A DNA stretch of 64,000 bases from Bacteroidales bacterium (GCA_035343375.1 DAOQYW010000006.1:14230-78229), one strand, 5' to 3'; shown: positions 29,971 to 40,517, counted from the first letter of the stretch. Numbers and translations are program-made. Notes: generated from the sequence alone by a model not told the origin.

Positions 29971-30297
29971 AACTTTTTAATTTAATAAATAAATAATTAA
30001 TAAAACTTTAAAATTTTGAGCTGCAAAATTAGTATAAATTATTAAACGAGAAAATTTATTGTGATTATTTTTTTATTATAGATAGCTAGCATCATTGATT
30101 TTGTCTAGTTTTGAGTAATAGCACCAGATATAATTGTTACATTTTATAAAATATAATCATATTTATAGATGAAGTGCCCACAGTAAACATTTTGGGCGAG
30201 GCTGTAATTTTTCCTTTGAAATGCTAGGCTGTTAGTAAAATCTAAAATGTTAAATTTATTTACTTGCTGATTGACCATTTAATATTATTTTTGTATT

Positions 30298-31554
30298 ATG
30301 AAGCAAATTCTTGATAAAATAGAATTGTTTTTACTGTGTTTTACGGTATTTGCTATTCCCGTTCATATAAAAGTGACATCTGTTGCAATCGCATTATTGT
30401 TGCTTGTTGCTTTTTTGAAGAAAGAAAATTACAAAGAGTTTGCGAAACTCTATAAGAATCCTGCTTTTATTATTCTGATTATCCCATATTTGATGTTTTT
30501 CCTGGGGATGTTAAACACAAGGCATGTTACTGATGGTGTAATTCAGTTGGAAATAGTTACTTCATTGTTGGTTTTTCCGATTATTTTTACAGCCTATAAG
30601 TCGAATTCGTTAAAGTACAGGGCTGAACTAATACAGTCATTTTTTATTCTGGGAGTCATAATGGCTTATTTTATCTGTATGAGTGTGGCGGTGCCTGCGT
30701 ATGTAAATAAAGGAAATATAAATGTGTTTTTATATCAGGATTTTAGCGGTGTTATTAAAGGGCCTCACCATCTTTCGTATTATGTGCTTTTTTCTATAGT
30801 TATTTTAATATCCAATCTAATTAAAAAAACACCACTATTATATCTTGAAAAAAAATTGACAGGATTAAAGTTTATTTTGTTAGTCGTTTTAACTATCTTT
30901 CTTTTCCAATTAACTAGTAAGGCAACTATACTTTTATATCTTGCTATTGTTGGATTCGTATTTGTATATGCTGTGAGAAAAAAACTTGTTTCTTATAAAA
31001 TTGCTATTCCTTCAATTGTTTTGGTAGTTTTAATTTCAATTGTAGCATTTTCGACTCATAAAATAAATGTTCGTTTTAAAAATTTATTCAAAGCTGTTGA
31101 GCATAGAGAACAAGTTGATTTAAAAAGTCAGGAATCAACTGCTTTAAGGATAGCAGCATTTAAAGCCGGGACTAATATTGTGAAAGAAAATTTTTGGCGT
31201 GGAGTAGGAACCGGAGACATTGCTTATGCAATGAGTGATTATTATAAAGCAAATAATTTTCAAGGTGCATATATACACAATATTAGTCCTCACAACCAAT
31301 TTTTGAGATCTTTTGTGATGCATGGAGTTTTTGGCTTTCTTTCTGTTGTTGCAGTTTTTGGTTTAATGATATATATTGCAGTTAAACACAAGAATTTCCT
31401 ATTGATGTTCTGGATATTTATAATGATTGTTTTATTCAGTACCGAAGACATGTTCGGAATACAGGATGGGATAGTATTTTTCTGCTTTTATACTTCCTAT
31501 TTTATATTTAGTCCTCGCGAAACAATTATTCCAAAGTCAGAAGAGGTTGATTAG
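30298..31554 (+). CDS. O-antigen ligase (Wzy_C) family membrane protein
   Basis: About 10 predicted TM helices, and a large loop with GVGTGD...HNQFL typical of O-antigen ligase/polymerase-like proteins. Confidence 0.6.
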   Translation: MKQILDKIELFLLCFTVFAIPVHIKVTSVAIALLLLVAFLKKENYKEFAKLYKNPAFIILIIPYLMFFLGMLNTRHVTDGVIQLEIVTSLLVFPIIFTAYKSNSLKYRAELIQSFFILGVIMAYFICMSVAVPAYVNKGNINVFLYQDFSGVIKGPHHLSYYVLFSIVILISNLIKKTPLLYLEKKLTGLKFILLVVLTIFLFQLTSKATILLYLAIVGFVFVYAVRKKLVSYKIAIPSIVLVVLISIVAFSTHKINVRFKNLFKAVEHREQVDLKSQESTALRIAAFKAGTNIVKENFWRGVGTGDIAYAMSDYYKANNFQGAYIHNISPHNQFLRSFVMHGVFGFLSVVAVFGLMIYIAVKHKNFLLMFWIFIMIVLFSTEDMFGIQDGIVFFCFYTSYFIFSPRETIIPKSEEVD

Positions 31555-32447
31555 CGTTTAAATCTTATGTAAGTACCAAGAGGTAGCTTTTTGTCATATC
31601 TATCTTTAATATAGGTTTCGCCAAATTCGTATTTTGCTTTAGGGAAATGACTTTTAATAAGATTTTCGGTGATAATTGCAGATAATCCTAATGAATATAA
31701 ATTTAAGATGAAGAATGAATCTGTTTCTTTTAATAGTTCCGAACAGTTTGCAATTAAATCATTTAGATTTTTTTCAAGAATCCATTTTTCACCCTGAGGA
31801 CCCCGACCAAAAGCAGGAGGATCCAGAATAATTCCATTGTACTTGTTACCTCGTTTAAGCTCACGTTTAACAAACTTTACAGCATCTTCAACTACCCAGT
31901 GAATATCACTTAAACCAGATATCTGCATATTTTCAATTGCCCAATTTATTACAGGTTTGACGGAATCAACATGAACAACTTTTGCTTTAGCTGTCTTGGC
32001 GGCTATTGATGCTCCCCCCGTGTATGCGAAGAGGTTTAGTACATTATAATCTTTGGAATATTGATTATTTATTGTGTCATAAATGAAACTCCAATTATCT
32101 GCTTGCTCGGGAAATATTCCAATATGCTTAAAAGTATTAAATTTCAATTTAAACTTTAAATGCATTTCTTTATAATCATATCGAATTTCCCATTGCTCCG
32201 GAATTTTTGCAAAATTTTTCCAATTACCTTTCTCACCATTATGAATTTCAGTATCCATAATGAATCTTGCATGCGTTTCTTTTTTCCAGAAACTTTCAGG
32301 CATAGTTTTATTCCAAATAGCTTGTGGCTCAGGTCTGCAAATAATATAAGGACCAAATCGCTCCAATTTTTCAAAATTTCCTGAATCAATTAGTTCGTAA
32401 TCAATCCAATCGTGAGGACTTGTCAGGTTGAAAATAGGACTATTCAT
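31551..32447 (-). CDS. Class I SAM-dependent RNA methyltransferase (RlmI/RlmK-like)
   Basis: NLFAYTGGASIAA SAM motif and the IILDPPAFGRG catalytic-site motif. Confidence 0.75.
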   Translation of the reverse strand: MNSPIFNLTSPHDWIDYELIDSGNFEKLERFGPYIICRPEPQAIWNKTMPESFWKKETHARFIMDTEIHNGEKGNWKNFAKIPEQWEIRYDYKEMHLKFKLKFNTFKHIGIFPEQADNWSFIYDTINNQYSKDYNVLNLFAYTGGASIAAKTAKAKVVHVDSVKPVINWAIENMQISGLSDIHWVVEDAVKFVKRELKRGNKYNGIILDPPAFGRGPQGEKWILEKNLNDLIANCSELLKETDSFFILNLYSLGLSAIITENLIKSHFPKAKYEFGETYIKDRYDKKLPLGTYIRFKR

Positions 32448-32527
32448 TTATTTATTTTTTTACAAATTTATTCTTTTTTGTTTTATTTCAGAAACTCTTA
32501 ATTTTACAAAATAAAATTATACCGGAA

Positions 32528-33334
32528 ATGAATATTAAAATTAGCAGCAATAAAAATGACTTAATAAAGGATATTTCTACAATTCAGTCAAAATCAAAGG
32601 AACGAAGGTTGAGAAATATTACGATGATAGAAGGCGTTAAGGAGGTAAGTATAGCTGCAAAAGCAGGTGTTTATTTTGATAAAGTTCTTTTTTGTCCTGA
32701 AATTATTTTAGAATCAGAGGTTAAATCGATTATTGGAATTCGAAATGCTCAGGTTCAGCTATATGAACTTACTCAGGAAGTGTTTTCGAAAATATCTTAT
32801 CGTGAAACTACAGGTGGAATTATCTGTATAGCTAAAACTAAAGAGAAAATCCTTGATGATTTGGAAATTGGCGACAACTCTTTATTTATTGTTCTGGAAT
32901 CTGTCGAGAAGCCCGGAAATCTTGGTGCAATTTGTAGAATAGCTGACGCTGCTAAGGTAAGCGGTATTATTATTTGCGACCCATTAACAGATATCTATAA
33001 TCCAAATACTGTAAGAGCTAGTCTCGGGTGCGTTTTTAGTGTTGATATTGTTACTTCAGCAACCGATAATGTAATTAAGTGGCTTCGCGATAAAAATGTT
33101 AATATATTCGCTGCGGAATTGAAGGCTTCAGAATATTACCACAAAATCAATTTATATGGAAAAACAGCATTAGTTTTTGGAACAGAGGCTACAGGATTGA
33201 CAAAAAAGTGGGTAGATAATGCCGATTTCAGAATTAAAATACCTATGTCAGGCGAAATAGATTCTTTAAATGTTTCTGTTTCTGTTGCTATCATGGTTTT
33301 TGAAGCTATGCGACAGCGTGATTTTTTGGTTTGA
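32528..33334 (+). CDS. TrmH/SpoU-family RNA 2'-O-methyltransferase
   Basis: SPOUT motifs EKPGNLGAICRIADA, LVFGTEATGL and IPMSGEIDSLNVSVSVAI. Confidence 0.85.
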   Translation: MNIKISSNKNDLIKDISTIQSKSKERRLRNITMIEGVKEVSIAAKAGVYFDKVLFCPEIILESEVKSIIGIRNAQVQLYELTQEVFSKISYRETTGGIICIAKTKEKILDDLEIGDNSLFIVLESVEKPGNLGAICRIADAAKVSGIIICDPLTDIYNPNTVRASLGCVFSVDIVTSATDNVIKWLRDKNVNIFAAELKASEYYHKINLYGKTALVFGTEATGLTKKWVDNADFRIKIPMSGEIDSLNVSVSVAIMVFEAMRQRDFLV

Positions 33335-33367
33335 TTATTGTATAAATGGCAAAATAAAATTCAGATT

Positions 33368-33796
33368 ATGAAACATTTATTAATATTATTATTGCTTGGT
33401 ATAAGTTTTACAGCATTTTCACAGACAGAACAATTTCAAAGTTTAATTCAAAAAACTAAACAAAGCTATCTCGACAGAGGATATAAATTAGTTGACGAAT
33501 CTTCAGCATCTATACAGACAGGAGAACCATTAGTAACTCCGTTATTGAATTTTGAATATAATACATATTATATAGTTTTGATACAAGTAGATGGTTGTAT
33601 TTACTGTAGTTATGAAGTAAATTATGTTGATGAGAACGATTTTTTGTTACCGCTTGATTTTGAGTTTATTATGGAAAACAATCTTAAGCAGGCTTTGTAC
33701 AAATTTCAAAATGATGTGAATAAAAAAGGTAAATTTGTAATATTTCTGGAATCTGACCTTCCATATTATGTCAATATTTTTGTCTTTAAAAAGTAG
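33368..33796 (+). CDS. Hypothetical secreted protein
   Basis: The internal ATG gives a clean signal peptide (MKHLLILLLLGISFTAFSQ). I recognise no family. Confidence 0.45.
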   Translation: MKHLLILLLLGISFTAFSQTEQFQSLIQKTKQSYLDRGYKLVDESSASIQTGEPLVTPLLNFEYNTYYIVLIQVDGCIYCSYEVNYVDENDFLLPLDFEFIMENNLKQALYKFQNDVNKKGKFVIFLESDLPYYVNIFVFKK

Positions 33797-33942
33797 TAAT
33801 AAGTTGTTTTTATAATTTATTGATACCTTTATATAAAAATTCTTACAAAATAAATTTGCGTTTTCTAAATTTTTACTTAATTTTAAATTTTTAATTACGA
33901 GAGTTGTAATTAGGTATTAGTATTTAGCAATACATTCAGAAA

Positions 33943-36069
33943 TTGAATTGGAATATAGTCATATCATTGGTGCAAAATGTTGCTATCTTGTTGGCTTTTG
34001 CTTTGTTATATGATTATTTTTGGCTTCAGTCAAGAAAGAAAAATTATTTATTAAAGAAAATTTTCATAGGACTTGCCATTGGTGCAATTACATTAATTTT
34101 AATGTTAACTCCGGGGGTATTGTTGCCGGGAATTGTTTTTGATGTCAGATCAGTGGTCTTGTCAGTTTCGGGATTGTTTTTCGGCGAAATACCTACAATA
34201 GTTGCAATGATATGTGCTGCCTCTTATCGTATATACTTGGGAGGGGATGGAATGTATATGGGTATAGCTGTTATTTTTACAGCCGGACTAATTGGGGTTT
34301 TGTGGAGATATTTTAGACCGGCGTGGAGAGATAAGAAATTTATTAAGGAATTGACCTTGATGGGATTACTTGTTCACTTTGTTATGCTTACTTGTACCAT
34401 GCTTTTGCCTGAAGATAAGATATTAAGTACAATCGAAAATATTGCCATCCCCTTGATAGTAATCTATATTCCAAGCACAATTCTAATTGGATGGTTTATG
34501 GTCACTCAGGAAAAGAACTTCAAAAACAAAAGAGCTAATGAAAAACTTGTCGAATCTGAAAGAAGATTTTCTGAATTGCTTACCAATGTCCATCTATTGT
34601 CAATTATTGTTGATAATGACGGTAATATAGTTTTTTGTAATGAGTTTTTCCTAAAATTGACCGGATACAGATACTATGAAATTGCAGGCAAGAGTTGGAT
34701 AGATACTTTTGTTTTAAAAGAGAATAGGGCAGAGATTAGAAAATCTATCGAAAATCATGATGTGTCTAACCATTATGAAGGAGAAATTTTAAATAAGAAT
34801 GGAAACACTATTAGTGTTTTCTGGAGCAATGTGTTGTTAAAAGATGAAACAGGAACTGTAACAGGGATTGCATCTATTGGACAAGATATAACAGATAAAA
34901 AACTATCAGAGGAAAAATTGCTCGAAGCAAAACGTAGGGCCGAGGAGAGTGATAGGCTAAAGTCGGTCTTTCTATCGAATATGAGCCATGAAATTCGTAC
35001 ACCATTAAATACAGTTGTTGGTTTTTCGGAGTTATTGTCAGAAAAGAATTTAAACGATAAAAAAAGAAAAGAGTATTTTGATATTGTAAAAAGTTCGGGA
35101 AATAAGTTAATTGAGATTATAAATGATATTTTAGATATATCTAAACTGGAAACTAAACAGTTTAAAATTAATAAATCTGTTTGTTACTTGAATGAGATAA
35201 TGTACAATACATTTGAAAGTTTTAAAAACAGTGCAGAGTTGAAGAACAAGCCAAATCTAACTTTACAAATGGACTTCCCTGATTTTTTACAAGATTTTGA
35301 ATTTGAGTCGGATACAAATCGCATTCAGCAAGTTCTTGATAATCTTATTACAAATGCAATAAAATATACCGAGAAAGGGACAATAGAGTTTGGCGTGACT
35401 TCAAATTTAATTAATGGAATACAGTCATTGGAGTTTTATGTAAGTGATACAGGAATAGGAATAGACGAAAAAATGTATGAGTTAATTTTCGAAAGATTCA
35501 GACAGGTAGAAGAAAATGCTTATCATCAGTACGGAGCAGGAATAGGTTTAAGTATATGCAAAGGGATAGTTGATTTACTGGAAGGTAAGATTTGGGTTGA
35601 TTCGAAAATTGGAGAGGGTAGTAAGTTTTATTTTACAGTTCCTTATCATACTGATTTTGAAAAAAAGAAGAAAAATATTAAAACAGAAAACATATCATTA
35701 AATATTATGAACAAAAGAGTTATTATTGCGGAGGATGACAAGAATTCATTCTTTTACCTGAATGCATTATTGAAAGGTCATAATTTAGAGATTTCACACG
35801 CCGAAAATGGCGAAGTTTTATTAAAAATGTTAGAACAAGAAACTCCTGATTTAATCTTGTTGGATATGAATATGCCTGTTAAGTCGGGTTATGACTGTTT
35901 AGCTGAGATAAAAAAGCGCGGTATTAAAACAAAAATAATTGCACAGACCGCCTATGCCGGATATGATGATCGTGAGAGATGCATAGAGTTTGGTTGCTCT
36001 GATTATATTGCTAAGCCGATTAAAAGAGGTGAATTATATTCCGTTATAAACAAAGTAATGACTGATTAA
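33943..36069 (+). CDS. Hybrid sensor histidine kinase/response regulator with LytS-type 5TM sensor, PAS, HisKA, HATPase_c and REC domains
   Basis: TTG start. Six hydrophobic helices at the N-terminus, a PAS region, an H-box (SNMSHEIRTPLN), N/G boxes (DNLITNAIKYT, DTGIGI, GAGIGLSICK) and a receiver domain (LILLDMNMP). Confidence 0.85.
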   Translation: MNWNIVISLVQNVAILLAFALLYDYFWLQSRKKNYLLKKIFIGLAIGAITLILMLTPGVLLPGIVFDVRSVVLSVSGLFFGEIPTIVAMICAASYRIYLGGDGMYMGIAVIFTAGLIGVLWRYFRPAWRDKKFIKELTLMGLLVHFVMLTCTMLLPEDKILSTIENIAIPLIVIYIPSTILIGWFMVTQEKNFKNKRANEKLVESERRFSELLTNVHLLSIIVDNDGNIVFCNEFFLKLTGYRYYEIAGKSWIDTFVLKENRAEIRKSIENHDVSNHYEGEILNKNGNTISVFWSNVLLKDETGTVTGIASIGQDITDKKLSEEKLLEAKRRAEESDRLKSVFLSNMSHEIRTPLNTVVGFSELLSEKNLNDKKRKEYFDIVKSSGNKLIEIINDILDISKLETKQFKINKSVCYLNEIMYNTFESFKNSAELKNKPNLTLQMDFPDFLQDFEFESDTNRIQQVLDNLITNAIKYTEKGTIEFGVTSNLINGIQSLEFYVSDTGIGIDEKMYELIFERFRQVEENAYHQYGAGIGLSICKGIVDLLEGKIWVDSKIGEGSKFYFTVPYHTDFEKKKKNIKTENISLNIMNKRVIIAEDDKNSFFYLNALLKGHNLEISHAENGEVLLKMLEQETPDLILLDMNMPVKSGYDCLAEIKKRGIKTKIIAQTAYAGYDDRERCIEFGCSDYIAKPIKRGELYSVINKVMTD

Positions 36070-36078
36070 TATTTTACC

Positions 36079-36294
36079 ATGAGCTACGATTGGAAGTTTT
36101 ATGCGGCAATAATGCCGGTGGTATTGTTGAATGTTATTTTAATTATTTGGTGTATTTCGGATATCGCTAAAAGAAATAAAGTTAAATTGTTTGATAAAAA
36201 AATATGGATACTGGTAATAATTTTTATTCAGTTTATAGGTCCGGTAACTTATTTAATTTTAGGAAGAGGGGACGATAATGATAAAGTGCGTTAA
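36079..36294 (+). CDS. Small membrane protein, PLD-nuclease N-terminal (PLDc_N)-like
   Basis: 71 aa with two TM helices and a W-x-x-x-D-I loop (IWCISDIAKR). Overlaps the ABC ATPase start by 17 nt. Confidence 0.6.
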   Translation: MSYDWKFYAAIMPVVLLNVILIIWCISDIAKRNKVKLFDKKIWILVIIFIQFIGPVTYLILGRGDDNDKVR

Positions 36295-37213
36295 TCTTAC
36301 CAAAATATATGGTAAAAGCGATATTCCTGCATTAAATAGTCTAAATATTGAAGTACAGAAAAACTCAGTTTTTGGCTTTTTGGGTCCCAATGGAGCAGGA
36401 AAAACAACTACTGTAAAAATATTGACAGGATTGATGAAACAAACATCTGGTGAGTTTTATATTGGTGGGGTACGAAATGATATTAATTCTGTAGGATTAA
36501 AAAGTAAAATCGGTTATCTCGGTCAGGATAACAAAATGTACGGAGGTATGACCGCACAGAATCTACTGATGTTTGTTGGAGAAATTTTCGGACTGTCAAA
36601 AAAAGACCGAGAAATAAAAGCCGGTGAAATGCTTGAAATGGCAGGTCTAAGTATGTCTGCAAATAAAAAAATATCTGAATTTTCAGGTGGTATGATACAA
36701 CGGTTAGGTATAGCACAGGCGCTGATGGGTAATCCTGAAGTGCTTTTTCTGGACGAACCTACTTCGGCATTAGACCCAATTGGAAGAAAAGAAGTTTTGG
36801 AGTTTATCCATTCTTTACGCGAAAAATGTACAGTTTTTATGTCAACTCACATATTGAATGATGTTGAGAGGATTTGTGACAGTGTTGCTATTTTAAATAA
36901 AGGAGAACTAGTTGCTTACGAAAAGACTGAAATTCTTAAAAACAAATATTCGGACAAACTAATAGAAATAGTTTTTGCTAAAAATGAAAAAGATATAAAT
37001 ATCAAGGATTTATTTGAAAAGATTAAATCTGTTGAAATATTAAAATCGGAGAAAAGTTCTGTTGTGCTGCTTCCAACCGATATGAGAAAAGCAAAAATTG
37101 ATTTGCTGAATTTTATTGCATCTACAGGAATTGATATAGAAAGATTTGAAGTTAAATCTGCAAGTCTCGAAGATGTTTTTGTGAAATTGGTAGGAGGAAC
37201 AAAGGATGAATAA
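36278..37213 (+). CDS. ABC transporter ATP-binding protein
   Basis: Walker A GPNGAGKTT, signature motif FSGGMIQRL, and Walker B LFLDEPTSALD. Confidence 0.9.
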   Translation: MIKCVNLTKIYGKSDIPALNSLNIEVQKNSVFGFLGPNGAGKTTTVKILTGLMKQTSGEFYIGGVRNDINSVGLKSKIGYLGQDNKMYGGMTAQNLLMFVGEIFGLSKKDREIKAGEMLEMAGLSMSANKKISEFSGGMIQRLGIAQALMGNPEVLFLDEPTSALDPIGRKEVLEFIHSLREKCTVFMSTHILNDVERICDSVAILNKGELVAYEKTEILKNKYSDKLIEIVFAKNEKDINIKDLFEKIKSVEILKSEKSSVVLLPTDMRKAKIDLLNFIASTGIDIERFEVKSASLEDVFVKLVGGTKDE

Positions 37214-37970
37214 AAATATCTTATTTGTGTTATTGAAAAATGAAATTGCCGAACAATTTCGATCCAGAAAGTTTATCGTAGTTTTAGTAGTGTTTGTTGT
37301 TTTTGCGATAATGTCACCAATAACTGCGTTGTTTATGCCAGATATAATTTCATCAGTTAGCGAATCACAGAATATAAAAATTGAAGTGCCGCCACCAACC
37401 TGGATAGATGCAGTAGTGCAATATGTGAAAAATATGACACAAATAATAAGTTTTGTTTTAATTATCGTGTATATGGGGATTATTGCACGAGAAAAAGAAA
37501 ACGGGATTCTTGTTTTTCTATTAGTTAAGCCTGTTAAACGAACTGCTATTATCGTTAGTAAATATCTGTCAGTATTATTTGTTGCAATTGCCGGCATAAC
37601 AGTTTCTTTTATTGTGTCAGGTTTTTATACTTTTTTGTTTTTTGAAGGATTTGTTATCAAAGATTTTTTGCTTCAGAATCTTTTTATTCTAATTAATATT
37701 ATTTCAACATTGTTTATTGTTGTTCTTTTTAGTTCAATTTTTAAATCCCAGATTGTTGCAGGAATTTTATCGTTTGTAGCTTATTTATTAATTAGCCTGA
37801 CATCTCAGGTTGAAAAAATTTCGGAATTCCTTCCATCCGGATTAATAACGCAGTGCAATAATATGATGAAAGGGACAGAAATTTCTTTTATGCCAATTCT
37901 TGGAACTCTAGTCTTTATGAGCATTTGTGTAGTTTTATCAATTATTTCTTTTAGTAAATGGGAGGCTTAA
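37206..37970 (+). CDS. ABC-2 type transporter permease
   Basis: Six hydrophobic helices. Overlaps the ATPase stop by 8 nt. Confidence 0.7.
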   Translation: MNKNILFVLLKNEIAEQFRSRKFIVVLVVFVVFAIMSPITALFMPDIISSVSESQNIKIEVPPPTWIDAVVQYVKNMTQIISFVLIIVYMGIIAREKENGILVFLLVKPVKRTAIIVSKYLSVLFVAIAGITVSFIVSGFYTFLFFEGFVIKDFLLQNLFILINIISTLFIVVLFSSIFKSQIVAGILSFVAYLLISLTSQVEKISEFLPSGLITQCNNMMKGTEISFMPILGTLVFMSICVVLSIISFSKWEA

Positions 37971-38038
37971 TAGAAATTAAGTTTAATTGTTAATTATTAT
38001 TTTTTCGTTTATTTTTATAAAATATTCTCAATAAAGAT

Positions 38039-39223
38039 ATGGAATTAAAAAATAAAAAAATTGAAACTCAGTTATCTCATGACAATTGTAAGAAATACGA
38101 AGGTGCAGTTGTTCCTCCAATATTTCAAAATTCATTGTTTTCGTTCGAAGATTGGGAAGCCGTGGACAGGGCATTTGAAAATCCTGACAAGAGTTTTATT
38201 TATTCTCGCGGGAAAAATCCTACCGTTAGTATTGTTGAAGAAAAATTGGCAATGCTTGCAGGAGCAGAAAAAGCACAACTCTTTCCTTCCGGTATGGCCG
38301 CTATATCAGCAGCTATTATGTATTGTGTTAATAGCGGAGATCATGTAATTTCATTAAAAAACCTGTATGGTCCATCAAGTAATTTCTTAACAAATTATTT
38401 AAAACCTAAGTTTAATGTTGATACAACTTTTGTTCAGGGAAATTCAATTGAGGATTTTGAAAAGGCAATAAAACCAAATACCAGCATGATTTATCTTGAA
38501 AGTCCATCAACTGCAGTGTTTAGTCTGCAAGATATAGAAGCTGTGTCAAAACTGGCAAAATCAAAAGGAATAAAAACAATTATTGATAATACCTGGGCAA
38601 CGCCACTCTACCAAAAACCATTAGCAATGGGAATTGATATCGAAATTCATTCCTGCTCAAAATATCTAGGAGGTCACAGTGATATAGTAGGTGGGGTTTT
38701 AATGGGTAAAGCTGAGATAATAGACTCAATTTTTAAGCGCGAATATGCATGGTTGGGTGCCAAAATTGCCCCAATCGAAGCATGGTTACTTTTGCGGAGT
38801 TTAAGGACTCTGGCTGTACGTATGGAAAGACATCAGTACAATGCATTAACAGTTGCAGAATTTCTGGAAAATCATCCTAAGATTAAATTTGTAAGATTCC
38901 CTGGTCTTAAAAGTTTTCCTCAGTATGATTTGGGTAAAAAACAAATGACTGGGTACAGCAGTTTAATGTCATTTCAACTAAATACTGATGACATTAAAAA
39001 AGTAAAAATATTTTTTAATAGTCTTCAATTATTTCATAAAGGAGTTAGTTGGGGAGGATTTGAAAGTATGGTTTATGCACCGGCGATAGCTTATATAAAG
39101 GAGTTGAATGAAAAACAATTTGAAAACATGGGCATTTCCATGAGCGATATACGAATTTCGGTAGGTCTTGAAAATACTGATGATTTGATTGACGATTTAG
39201 AATTTGCCTTAAATAAAATCTGA
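38039..39223 (+). CDS. Cys/Met-metabolism PLP-dependent enzyme (cystathionine gamma-synthase/lyase family)
   Basis: PLP-lysine context HSCSKYLGGHSD, plus the N-terminal PPIFQNSLF and ESPSTAVF blocks. Confidence 0.85.
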   Translation: MELKNKKIETQLSHDNCKKYEGAVVPPIFQNSLFSFEDWEAVDRAFENPDKSFIYSRGKNPTVSIVEEKLAMLAGAEKAQLFPSGMAAISAAIMYCVNSGDHVISLKNLYGPSSNFLTNYLKPKFNVDTTFVQGNSIEDFEKAIKPNTSMIYLESPSTAVFSLQDIEAVSKLAKSKGIKTIIDNTWATPLYQKPLAMGIDIEIHSCSKYLGGHSDIVGGVLMGKAEIIDSIFKREYAWLGAKIAPIEAWLLLRSLRTLAVRMERHQYNALTVAEFLENHPKIKFVRFPGLKSFPQYDLGKKQMTGYSSLMSFQLNTDDIKKVKIFFNSLQLFHKGVSWGGFESMVYAPAIAYIKELNEKQFENMGISMSDIRISVGLENTDDLIDDLEFALNKI

Positions 39224-39229
39224 AATATT

Positions 39230-40342
39230 ATGCTGATTGATGATTTTAAACTTGAACGCTACTTTGCTAAATATGAATTCAGTACAAAATATCTGATTTC
39301 GAGTTCGGATTGTGATGGATTTAGTCTGGAGTATATTCTTTCGAGTGCTGATGACAAGGAAATGAGTTTGTGGAACAATTTGAGATTTGGATATACGGAT
39401 TCCAGGGGTTCAGAATTTTTAAGAGAATCAATTGCATCTCAATATAAAACCCTTGATTTAAATAATGTATTGGTAATGTCACCAGGGGAGGCAAATTTTA
39501 TTCTGATGAATACAATTTTGAATAAAGGTGATGAAATTATTTGCATGTATCCGTCATATCAATCATTGTATCAGGTTGCTGTTAGTCTCGGAGCAGTTGT
39601 GAAATGGTGGAAATTTGATTCGCATCAAAACTATCAGGTACAAGAACTGGAATCTTTACTTTCTAAAAAAACAAAACTGCTTGTTTTGAATTTCCCGCAT
39701 AATCCAACCGGGTTTTTACCTTCAGTTGATGATTTAAACAAGATAATTTCTTTAGCCCGTAAATACAATTTGCTGATTTTTTCCGATGAGATGTACCACC
39801 AACTGGTTCATGATGCGTCAAAACAAATTCCATCAATTTGTGATTTATACGAAAATTCAGTTTGTCTGTGGGGAATGGCGAAATCTTTTGGTCTTGCAGG
39901 TTTACGATTCGGATGGGTTACTTCTCACAGGGCAGACATCTTGAAAAAAATGGTTTCATTCAAAGACTATTTAAGTATTTGTAACAATGCGGCTGGTGAG
40001 GTTTTGACATATATTGCCCTTAATCATAAGGATAATTTTATAAATCATAATATTAAAAAAATTGTAAAGAATAAAAAACTATTTTCTGAATTTGTCCGAA
40101 GAAATTCTGATTTAATCGAGTTTGTTGAACCTGTTGCTGGCTCTACTGCACTTGCCAAACTAAATATTGATTGTCCGAGTCTCGATTATTGTGAAAAACT
40201 GGTGTCAAAAACCGGCATTATGATGGTCCCGGGCGAGATGTTTGATTATGGAGATTCCTATGTCAGGATTGGTTTTGGTAGAGAAAATTTTGATGAGGTC
40301 TTGAAAATTTGGGAGAGTTATATTAATGAAAAAAAGCCATAG
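39230..40342 (+). CDS. Class I/II aminotransferase-fold PLP enzyme
   Basis: FPHNPTGF block and PLP-lysine context GMAKSFGLAGLRFGW. The C-terminus is ...RIGFGRENFDEVLKIWESYINEKKP. Confidence 0.85.
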   Translation: MLIDDFKLERYFAKYEFSTKYLISSSDCDGFSLEYILSSADDKEMSLWNNLRFGYTDSRGSEFLRESIASQYKTLDLNNVLVMSPGEANFILMNTILNKGDEIICMYPSYQSLYQVAVSLGAVVKWWKFDSHQNYQVQELESLLSKKTKLLVLNFPHNPTGFLPSVDDLNKIISLARKYNLLIFSDEMYHQLVHDASKQIPSICDLYENSVCLWGMAKSFGLAGLRFGWVTSHRADILKKMVSFKDYLSICNNAAGEVLTYIALNHKDNFINHNIKKIVKNKKLFSEFVRRNSDLIEFVEPVAGSTALAKLNIDCPSLDYCEKLVSKTGIMMVPGEMFDYGDSYVRIGFGRENFDEVLKIWESYINEKKP

Positions 40343-40383
40343 AATATTTTCCCACTATGGCTTAAAATTAATATTATTAATTC

Positions 40384-40517
40384 GCTGCTCCCGCAAAGTC
40401 TACCCCGCTTTAGCGGGGACTGCGTCTTGTGGTTTGGGAAAAAAGTTTGCCAAACCACAAGCTAATTTAAAAATTCATTATCTTTGAGTAATGTTTCAAG
40501 AAATTAAAGCATACAAT
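40384..40517 (+). repeat. Toxin-cassette leader repeat, copy 1
   Basis: Direct repeat of 42627-42784. The conserved core gactgcgtcttgtggtttg...ccacaagctaatttaaaa(a)ttcattatctttgagtaatg extends about 27 nt into the ORF. It contains a perfect 12-bp hairpin (40426-40437 / 40450-40461), a GC hairpin ccccgc-ttta-gcgggg (40403-40418), and a TATCTTTG -7-like motif at 40479-40486. Confidence 0.75.

Noticed and set aside
29971-30297. Looked for an rpsF (S6:S18-binding) leader RNA or other ncRNA in the 327-bp region upstream of rpsF
   Set aside because: I see only a weak 6-bp AT hairpin (attttg/caaaat near 30013-30029) and cannot match it to the known motif from memory. A covariance-model scan is needed before any call.
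37040-37597. 185-aa minus-strand ORF spanning the ABC ATPase/permease junction
   Set aside because: It is antisense to two genes with strong motif support (Walker/signature motifs; TM permease). Its composition is an Ile/Phe/Asn-rich shadow.
40334-40363. 9-bp hairpin aagccatag/ctatggctt overlapping the aminotransferase stop codon, considered as a terminator
   Set aside because: It is not followed by a T tract and has a 12-nt loop. It may be a weak terminator or a remnant of the island end, but the support is insufficient to list it as a feature.
40381-40490. Possibility that the hairpin-containing cassette leaders are integron attC sites (a cassette array)
   Set aside because: There is no integron integrase. 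I could not find RYYYAAC/GTTRRRY core sites at the hairpin feet. The repeats are conserved in primary sequence and extend into the ORF starts, unlike attC sites. A REP-family relationship explains them better.
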